From positions 120,001 to 152,000 of the forward strand of contig NZ_CP064924.1 in the NCBI RefSeq assembly GCF_018336915.1: a DNA stretch of 32,000 bases, given 5' to 3'. Positions 25,656 through 32,000 of the stretch are shown piece by piece. Below the pieces are notes generated by a model. That model ran no database searches, was not told the DNA's origin, and saw nothing but the letters and a program-made list of their open reading frames with translations. This stretch comes from Acaryochloris marina S15. Lineage in GTDB: Bacteria; Cyanobacteriota; Cyanobacteriia; Thermosynechococcales; Thermosynechococcaceae. Within the stretch, counting starts at the first letter, position 1; each line of letters starts with the position of its first letter. The position numbers and the translations under genes are program-made.

Positions 25656-28178
25656 ATGCGACTAAAAAATGTCTACATCCGTTTTTATAAATCATTCAAC
25701 TTTGATTACCTTAGAAAAAATCACCCAAAGGCTAAACCTAGCCCTTGGGATTTACTTGAAGATGGCCGATGGTATCCATATGTTCGAATTCCTATTGAAA
25801 AAGAAATTACAGCCGTCGTAGGAGCAAATGAGTCTGGTAAATCTCAGTTATTATCAGCCATTGAAAAAGGAGCAAATGTCAAAAATATTGATAGGTCAAA
25901 AGATTTTTGTCGATACTCTCAATTTTATACAATTGATAGAGACAAACTAAATTATCCTTCTATCGGTTTTGAATGGACCGATCTATCAGAATCAGAAAAA
26001 AATACGATAAATGAAATTGTATCTTATGAATTAAATAAAGATAAATCAAGCAAAGAAGATTCTGAGTCTAAAAAAGCAAATAAAAAAACTAAAGGCACTG
26101 AAGAATCTAGCATCGAAGCAGAGATATTACTCGACACCTTTAAAATTTTCTATACCAATATTGGAGATTATACAATATATATAAATACAGAAGACGAATG
26201 TATAAAACTGGATGAAAAGAGCATAGATAAATACAAGAATATACTACCTAATATTTTCCGAATTGATTCAGATATTGCTTTGCCAGAAAGCATACCTATT
26301 AGATGTTTGATCGAACAGGATCTAAAAGACAAATTATCTGACTTACCAACAGTCGATAGAAGGAGTAGATCAAGTTTTTTTCAAGGTATTTTTAATCTTT
26401 TTGATAATGATTCAGAAGATTTAAAAATTGAAGATGTTGAAAAAATAAAATCAGATCTTTCAAGCGATCTAACCCTTGAGAAAATCAACTTAGTTAAGTC
26501 ACTAATTTTTGATGTAGCTAATATTGATCTTAAATCAATCGAAGAATTGTCAGAAGCACTAAAAGAAGGAAATCAGGAAGGTGTAGTTAATGGGATTACA
26601 CAAACAATTACTGATAATCTGAGAAAAACATTGAATTTCCCAAGATGGTGGGAACAAGATAGAGAGTTTAATATTAAAGTAGATGCTAGAGATTATGATC
26701 TAGTTTTTACTATTATCGATAGAACACAAACAAACTATTCATTTGATGAAAGAAGTAATGGTTTAAAATATTTTTTGAGCTATTATATCCAGTACCGTGC
26801 TTATAAACCAAAAAATCTAAATAGCACTGAAATACTATTAATGGATGAGCCTGATGCATATCTCTCTAGTCAGGCTCAACAAGATCTTCTAAAAATATTT
26901 GAAGGATTTGCTAATCCTGAAGATCAACAAAATCCAGTCCAAGTTATCTATGTTACACATTCTCCATTCTTAATAAACAAAAATCATGCTGAAAGAATTC
27001 GTGTACTCGATAAAGGGGCTGGCGATGAAGGTGCCAGAGTTGTTAAAGATGCTAGCAAAAATCATTATGAGCCTTTAAGATCTGCATTTGGTGCTTTTGT
27101 AGGTGAAACTACCTTTATTGGGAACTGCAATTTATTTGTGGAAGGACTAGCAGATCAAATTCTTATTGCTGGAGCTTCAAATCATATTAGAAGACTTGAG
27201 AAAATATCAAATCTAGAAATTCTAGATCTCAATAAAATTACAATTGTACCTGCTGGCTCTGCTAGTCATATACCTTATCTAGTTTACTTAGCAAGAGGCC
27301 GAGACGTTGAGCAACCCCCTATTATTGTTCTCTTAGACAGTGACGCATCCGGTAATGATGCAATGAAAACTTTGAGTAGAGGGAAGGACAATGGTAATAA
27401 TAAACCGCTGAATAAAGAATTTATTCTGGAAATTAGAGATTTAGGCAGTAAAAAATCTATAGTTCCAACACATGAAAACTTAACTGAGATAGAAGATTTA
27501 GTTCCACTATCAATCTACGAACAATCAATTCAGCTTTATCTCAAAGAATTTTGTGGAGTCAATCAAGATAAAATAGAATCCATTTGCTCCAAAAAACTTA
27601 AGAATTCATTGGATTCAGAGAGGGGTACATTTAATAGTTTAGATAATTATGTAAGATCTAATTCTAAAGAGGAGTACCATTTGGAAAAAGTTGGCCTTGC
27701 GCGTAGTGTAATCTCAGTAGTTAAGTCAATTTATGATGAACACAATAGCTCAGGTAACACTAGTTATCCTGAGAAACTAGCCTCCTTTGAAAATAACTTT
27801 AAAGTACTCTTTGGTAAATTAAATTCTATGCAAGCTAAAGCCGAGTATTCTTGCTCGCAAGCTAAAGTTTTCGAAAGATTGAAGCGAGTAAAAAATCGTT
27901 TTTTTCAAGATAAAAATATTGATTCAAAAATCAAAAGAGAATCAGTAGTAAGAATGCTAGTTGAGATGGAAAACTCATTAGATGACAGTTTTGAAAGCAA
28001 CTATATTAGTTTGGCAATAAGTGAATTGCGCGAAACATACAAACTAAACATCGATTTACATGAGTTCATCTCAGATATTGAAAGACTTCAACTTGATATC
28101 AATAAGGTAATTTATGCTGGCAAGCGAGAAAGTCAAACATTTACTACTGAAGATCTTGAACCAGAGAGAGCATCTTAA
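25656..28178 (+). CDS. OLD-family-like ABC ATPase + TOPRIM nuclease fusion protein (840 aa)
   Basis: The ATPase motifs are Walker A AVVGANESGKSQLL (~25815), a signature-like ERSNGLKYFLS, Walker B EILLMDEPDAYLS (~26835) and an H-loop IYVTHSPF. The TOPRIM motifs are NLFVEGLADQILI (~27135), IIVLLDSDASGNDA (~27325) and TEIEDLVP. The gene is strongly AT-rich. Confidence 0.8.
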   Translation: MRLKNVYIRFYKSFNFDYLRKNHPKAKPSPWDLLEDGRWYPYVRIPIEKEITAVVGANESGKSQLLSAIEKGANVKNIDRSKDFCRYSQFYTIDRDKLNYPSIGFEWTDLSESEKNTINEIVSYELNKDKSSKEDSESKKANKKTKGTEESSIEAEILLDTFKIFYTNIGDYTIYINTEDECIKLDEKSIDKYKNILPNIFRIDSDIALPESIPIRCLIEQDLKDKLSDLPTVDRRSRSSFFQGIFNLFDNDSEDLKIEDVEKIKSDLSSDLTLEKINLVKSLIFDVANIDLKSIEELSEALKEGNQEGVVNGITQTITDNLRKTLNFPRWWEQDREFNIKVDARDYDLVFTIIDRTQTNYSFDERSNGLKYFLSYYIQYRAYKPKNLNSTEILLMDEPDAYLSSQAQQDLLKIFEGFANPEDQQNPVQVIYVTHSPFLINKNHAERIRVLDKGAGDEGARVVKDASKNHYEPLRSAFGAFVGETTFIGNCNLFVEGLADQILIAGASNHIRRLEKISNLEILDLNKITIVPAGSASHIPYLVYLARGRDVEQPPIIVLLDSDASGNDAMKTLSRGKDNGNNKPLNKEFILEIRDLGSKKSIVPTHENLTEIEDLVPLSIYEQSIQLYLKEFCGVNQDKIESICSKKLKNSLDSERGTFNSLDNYVRSNSKEEYHLEKVGLARSVISVVKSIYDEHNSSGNTSYPEKLASFENNFKVLFGKLNSMQAKAEYSCSQAKVFERLKRVKNRFFQDKNIDSKIKRESVVRMLVEMENSLDDSFESNYISLAISELRETYKLNIDLHEFISDIERLQLDINKVIYAGKRESQTFTTEDLEPERAS

Positions 28179-28287
28179 CGTTACAAAAAATTTTTCAATT
28201 CAATCAATACACTTCAGCAGAATAACAGCAGCCCCCCAGCCACCCAGCCCCCAAGTCCCCTCAGAGGCCAGGTACATCAGTCCTTGA

Positions 28288-28944
28288 CTAAGACTTTGCG
28301 GCCTCTTCCCTCATCATGCTAGACAGCGATGACTCAACTTTCTTCTTAGCAGTTCGACGCTTGCCCCCACCACTAGCCACAACTGGAGTTGGGTCTTGAG
28401 GAACGGCTAGCTCATCATCGAGCGGATCAGGGTCGAAGACCATAACAGAGGATTCCTCGACTTCGCTGATAGGCTTCTCCACCTCAGCCACAGATGCAAC
28501 CTCCTCCAGGTCTGCCAAAACATCAGGAGCCTGATCCTCAGCCTCGACCTCAGAAGTATCCTCAACCGGGCTGTCGGCCAGGAATGCCTGGGTCTGGACC
28601 TTGAACCAATCGATAGCTTTATCATGCAGTTCCCAGTGGGCATCAATCCGGTCTGTGAGCTGGGTCTTGATAAGCGTTTGGATGAACAACGTCTCTTGCC
28701 GACAACCTTTGCGGAAGACAGCCACAGCATTTCCTTTGACCTCATCAAAGATGGGGCCATGCTTCTGGCTCACTTTGGACAGGCCCCAAGAGCAGAGGAT
28801 AGTGAAGTTTTTCCAGCCCTGGATTTCCTTGTGAATGACGAACAGGAAGACTTGGCTTGCAGCCATGCCAACTTTTTTAGCGGCAGAGTCAATCACTTCG
28901 GTGGAGGCAGATTGTTCGATTTTGACGTTGGTAATCAGTTTCAT
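28288..28944 (-). CDS. Hypothetical protein with a ~120-aa N-terminal domain, a long acidic tract and a basic tail
   Basis: I prefer the start at ATG 28944 (MKLITNVKIEQ..., aagga 9-13 nt upstream) over the track start at 29070. The C-terminal half reads DSPVEDTSEVEAEDQAPDVLADLEEVASVAEVEKPISEVEESSVMVFDPDPLDDELAVPQDP, followed by GGGKRRTAKKKVE. Confidence 0.55.
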   Translation of the reverse strand: MKLITNVKIEQSASTEVIDSAAKKVGMAASQVFLFVIHKEIQGWKNFTILCSWGLSKVSQKHGPIFDEVKGNAVAVFRKGCRQETLFIQTLIKTQLTDRIDAHWELHDKAIDWFKVQTQAFLADSPVEDTSEVEAEDQAPDVLADLEEVASVAEVEKPISEVEESSVMVFDPDPLDDELAVPQDPTPVVASGGGKRRTAKKKVESSLSSMMREEAAKS

Positions 28945-29261
28945 GAGTGTTGTCCTTTGAATAACGAATAGTGGATAGGCACGACTGGCATGTGCAATCG
29001 AGTCGGCCCTGTTGATATTGAGAAAACGGAAAGGGAGGTCTTTGCCTCTTGGGGAATATACCCCCAACAAAAATCAGGCTCGATGTGGAGCCGTGGGCGG
29101 GATGGATTTGGAGAAAAAACTTTGGGTGGGAATGCCCCACTTCCTAACCACCAGGGTAGCGTGGATGGCTTTGTGCTACAAGGATTGGGGGATTAGGGTT
29201 TCTGATCGGTGGCGGGAGGGAGACTAGGCTTTGCTGATGATTAGTGTGCTTGTGATGAGAA

Positions 29262-29903
29262 TTACTGGAGATCCACAACCGAAGATTCGTGGATGACGAT
29301 ATGGCGAGTTTTATCGACCGATAGCCATCCTTTCTTTCGCAGTTCACCAAGAATGCGAGTGGCTGTAACACGAGTGGCCCCTACCAATTCTGCAATTTGT
29401 TGATGAGTTAATCTAACCTCAATTCTTACTCCATCTGGGGTCTTTTCCCCGATCTCTCTTGTCAGCAACAACAGCAACTCCTGAAAGCGATCGCTCACAC
29501 GACGATGCAGATTTAGAGCTAATAACGCTTCAGTTTGTTGTAACCGCCGATTCAATTGAACCTGAATCCCTTGTGCCAGAATAGGCGACTGCTCCAACTC
29601 TTGCTGACTGATACGCATGAGTACCACATCCGTTAACGCAGTTGCTGTATAGGGATCAATTTGAGTCAAGGGTAAACCAAAGGGCATCTCTGGACAAGCC
29701 AATCCTAGGATCGCTTCATTCCCATCACCATCTGAAGTATGTAGTTGAATGATTCCCCGGCACACGATCCAAATATCATGGGAATGCAAAACAATATTGA
29801 AACCTCTTTTAAATTCGTAGGTTTGGCGTCCTTGATAGACCTCTTCAAGTGACTGCGACCAATGGAAAGAGGATAATGCTGGTGAAATCTGCGTTTGTGA
29901 CAT
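29262..29903 (-). CDS. Crp/Fnr-family transcriptional regulator
   Basis: The cNMP-binding-like beta-roll reads IWIVCRGIIQLHTSDGDGNEAILGLACPEMPFG. The C-terminal HTH reads VRLTHQQIAELVGATRVTATRILGELRKKGWL. Confidence 0.85.
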   Translation of the reverse strand: MSQTQISPALSSFHWSQSLEEVYQGRQTYEFKRGFNIVLHSHDIWIVCRGIIQLHTSDGDGNEAILGLACPEMPFGLPLTQIDPYTATALTDVVLMRISQQELEQSPILAQGIQVQLNRRLQQTEALLALNLHRRVSDRFQELLLLLTREIGEKTPDGVRIEVRLTHQQIAELVGATRVTATRILGELRKKGWLSVDKTRHIVIHESSVVDLQ

Positions 29904-30298
29904 TGGTGCGTCCTAAGATCTGGCCCTTACTCTAAAATCTCAATATTGGGGTTAAATCCAAATTAAGAGAGATTGTCAATAGAGATATGATTATTTTCCT
30001 TCAGAGCCATGCTCAAGTTCAAACTGAACATTGAGATATGACCGCTAAAACCTTTGCCCTAAGTATACTAACAATTCTCTCGTGAAGGTGTGGGGGTTAT
30101 TTCACATAATTTCAGTTGAGAAATTTATCAATAGAACTATCAACGGAATCCATTGAGATTCACCTATTTTTTTAAACACCTTGCAATTCATCACAAACCA
30201 CAATATCGAAGCTAATAAGGTTATTCACCAACAAGTCATCGTTAAAGGCCATCAGAGCGTCTTGAACTACGATAGAAATATACCTTCGCGTATTCCTG

Positions 30299-31087
30299 AT
30301 GGCTTATCCCCTTTCAGCCACTAAACTCATCACCTACCAGCAGTGCCCCAAAGCCTACAACTTCAGATATGAGCGGGGACTCTCTTCACCCTCTGCCTTC
30401 GGATCGCCTGCCTTTGGGATTGCCCTTCACAAAACACTCGCAGATATCTACAAAGACTGGAACTACGATTACCCCCTCCCTTCCCTGGATTGGTTTGCCG
30501 TTTGCTGGCAGCACCATACTGGAGATCTGAAACCAGCCCAGATTCATGAGGGGTGGATGGCCTTGCAGCTCTATTACGAGAAATACGTTGCCCCGCTACC
30601 CATGATTCGCAAACCTCTTGGAGTTGAAGGAAAGATCAAGGCCAGCTTCCAGGTGAATAATATCGAGTTTTCCATCACAGGCCGTTATGACCGCTTAGAC
30701 TACACCGATAATGGTCTAGAGCTGATTGACTATAAGACCAGCAAGACGATTGGCCCATCCGATGGCATCGATCTACAGCTTGGATTGTACTTTTTGATTC
30801 TGGAGCAGGTCTACCCAGAGGCACTGGAAACGCTGAGTTTAATATATCTACGGCAAGGTCAGAAAGTTACGTTTGATGTGACGCCTGACCATCACCAGCA
30901 GGTACGAAAGTTGATCGGAGACATCGCGGTAAAGCTTAGAGCAGATGATGAGTGGAAACCAGAAGTTGGTGGGCACTGCAACCACTGCGGGTATCAGAAG
31001 TACTGCCCTGCGAAGTCCAAGAAGCCAGAGCCATTACCGGAGGGGACGAGGGAGGCGAGGCAAGTTCAGCTGGTTTTAGGGATTTGA
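30299..31087 (+). CDS. PD-(D/E)XK nuclease, Cas4/AddB-like, with putative Fe-S cysteines
   Basis: It has LSATKLITYQQCPKAY (N-terminal Cys), GRYDRLD, ELIDYKTSK (D...ExK), QLGLYFLI (QxxxY) and a C-terminal CNHCGYQKYC (CxxCx5C). Confidence 0.8.
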   Translation: MAYPLSATKLITYQQCPKAYNFRYERGLSSPSAFGSPAFGIALHKTLADIYKDWNYDYPLPSLDWFAVCWQHHTGDLKPAQIHEGWMALQLYYEKYVAPLPMIRKPLGVEGKIKASFQVNNIEFSITGRYDRLDYTDNGLELIDYKTSKTIGPSDGIDLQLGLYFLILEQVYPEALETLSLIYLRQGQKVTFDVTPDHHQQVRKLIGDIAVKLRADDEWKPEVGGHCNHCGYQKYCPAKSKKPEPLPEGTREARQVQLVLGI

Positions 31088-31115
31088 TTCAGCTCTCACG
31101 GAAAAGTGACCACAA

Positions 31116-31154
31116 CAGTAATGCCCTCTACCACAGTGGTAGAGGGCATTACTG
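31116..31154 (+). terminator. Strong stem-loop 29 nt after the nuclease gene
   Basis: Perfect 18-bp stem cagtaatgccctctacca (31116-31133) / tggtagagggcattactg (31137-31154) with a 3-nt loop. No U-tract follows, so it may be a stabiliser or terminator. Confidence 0.5.
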
Positions 31155-31500
31155 AATATTAAAAGAAAGTCCCTTCGACACTAGCAGCATCCATACCCCG
31201 TAATGCTTGGACTTTAGGTCTGCTAATCTGCGTCTTACCCTTTCGGTGTAAGTTGCCATTTCGGGGACTTAAACTGAGCTGGTGTGGGGGGTATGACAGC
31301 CCAATACATCTACTGTAGCTATCGATGCAATACAAATTAAACCGAAGAATTACTGAATCTTAAGAGATTTTTATGAGGAAATATCAGTGGTAGTGCGGAT
31401 TACAATCAAATATCTTTCTTTATTCTAGATATAGACCTAAATTTATCCAATTCTTTAAAGATTTAAGCAGACAATGGGGTCTACGAGTTTGTCATCAAAA

Positions 31501-31528
31501 TGCCGACCTAATATATGCATGGTCGGCA
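31501..31528 (-). terminator. Candidate rho-independent terminator for the minus-strand gene ending at 31649
   Basis: The 8-bp stem is tgccgacc / ggtcggca with a 12-nt loop. On the minus strand it is followed by tttt. Confidence 0.3.
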
Positions 31529-31648
31529 GTATTTAAATAAATATCAAAAAGCTGGCTTTTATATTTGTCGCCAACGGTATTTATGCTGTTAGTCTCATAA
31601 TGCGCTGAATTTCTATATTCCGGTAGGGTTGATCTACCCGAAACGCAG

Positions 31649-32000
31649 CTAATCCCTCATCCAACCTGGACAAGTATCGACCTCGCCTGTCTGGAATACA
31701 CTGAAGAGTTGTTCTGCAAACGCCACCGGAATAAACCAGTGGGCACAACCGATGTACAAATATGCATGGGCAGGTTCTCCCAGATAGAAAATTTCCAGGT
31801 TGATGTCACTATTTTGCTGCCAGATATCTTCTTCGTAGAGACTGGTTCCTCCTGGACAGATATAGGTGCAGATTAAACATTCATCGAAACTACCATCTTC
31901 CATATAGCCGATGTAGTTCTCTTGGTAAAAGTCAGAGGTTTTGAACTTGCGAATGACGATATGCAGCTCCCCTGGCCCCTGAATCTCCAGCTCTTGTCTA
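31649..32000 (-). CDS. Hypothetical protein, partial (5' end beyond the window)
   Basis: The track ORF is 31649-31903. The same frame stays open upstream to base 31999 (..RQELEIQGPGELHIVIRKFKTSDFYQENYIGYMEDGSF..). I recognised no motif. Confidence 0.45.
   Translation of the reverse strand, partial: RQELEIQGPGELHIVIRKFKTSDFYQENYIGYMEDGSFDECLICTYICPGGTSLYEEDIWQQNSDINLEIFYLGEPAHAYLYIGCAHWFIPVAFAEQLFSVFQTGEVDTCPGWMRD

Noticed and set aside
28407-29371. A cluster of overlapping ORFs on both strands (28407-28760, 28601-28834, 28624-28971, 28889-29140, 28990-29196, 29012-29227, 29144-29371), and the extended start of ORF 28288-29070
   Set aside because: They overlap each other and the better-supported 28288-28944 gene, or they lie in a G-rich spacer downstream of the Crp gene. 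They have no motifs and low-complexity or Arg/Ser-rich compositions typical of off-frame reads.
1-32000. A search by eye for tRNA, rRNA, CRISPR repeats, retron- or intron-like structures and integrase genes
   Set aside because: I noticed no cloverleaf-like segments, rRNA-like conserved blocks, regularly spaced short repeats or tyrosine/serine recombinase motifs. Absence is only as good as visual inspection, so tRNAscan, Infernal and CRISPR finders should be run.

Overview
This looks like a cyanobacterial accessory or plasmid-type region. Hints are two HIP1 GCGATCGC octamers (4078-4085, 29487-29494), a pentapeptide-repeat gene and a group-2-type sigma factor.

Layout from left to right:
- 1-3119: an IS graveyard with three decayed transposase genes around an intact pentapeptide-repeat gene.
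- 3.5-11.5 kb: a cargo block with a sigma-70 family factor, a type IIA P-type (Ca2+-like) ATPase, a small LapA-domain membrane protein and two tandem MscS-type channels.
- 11.5-13.2 kb: a uridine-kinase-like gene whose P-loop part and catalytic part lie on opposite sides of a SAM-methyltransferase gene.
- 13.3-25.4 kb: a tightly packed parA-parB-GNAT-giant ORF array. The giant ORF combines an NPPY N6-adenine methyltransferase with a strawberry-notch/SNF2-like helicase, and I reconstruct it at 2240 aa. It is cut 122 codons before its end by a 1450-bp IS, and that IS carries a second, near-identical copy of itself nested inside (21875-24780).
- 25.4-28.3 kb: a visibly AT-rich island with a lone 840-aa ABC-ATPase + TOPRIM protein (OLD-like or fused-PARIS-like). 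This is my best candidate for an uncharacterised defence or exclusion function.
- 28.3-32 kb: an acidic-tailed hypothetical protein, a Crp/Fnr regulator, a Cas4-like PD-(D/E)XK nuclease and a partial unknown gene.

I recognised no rRNA, tRNA or CRISPR array. All calls come from reading motifs and repeats by eye. No homology search, HMM scan or composition calculation was run.
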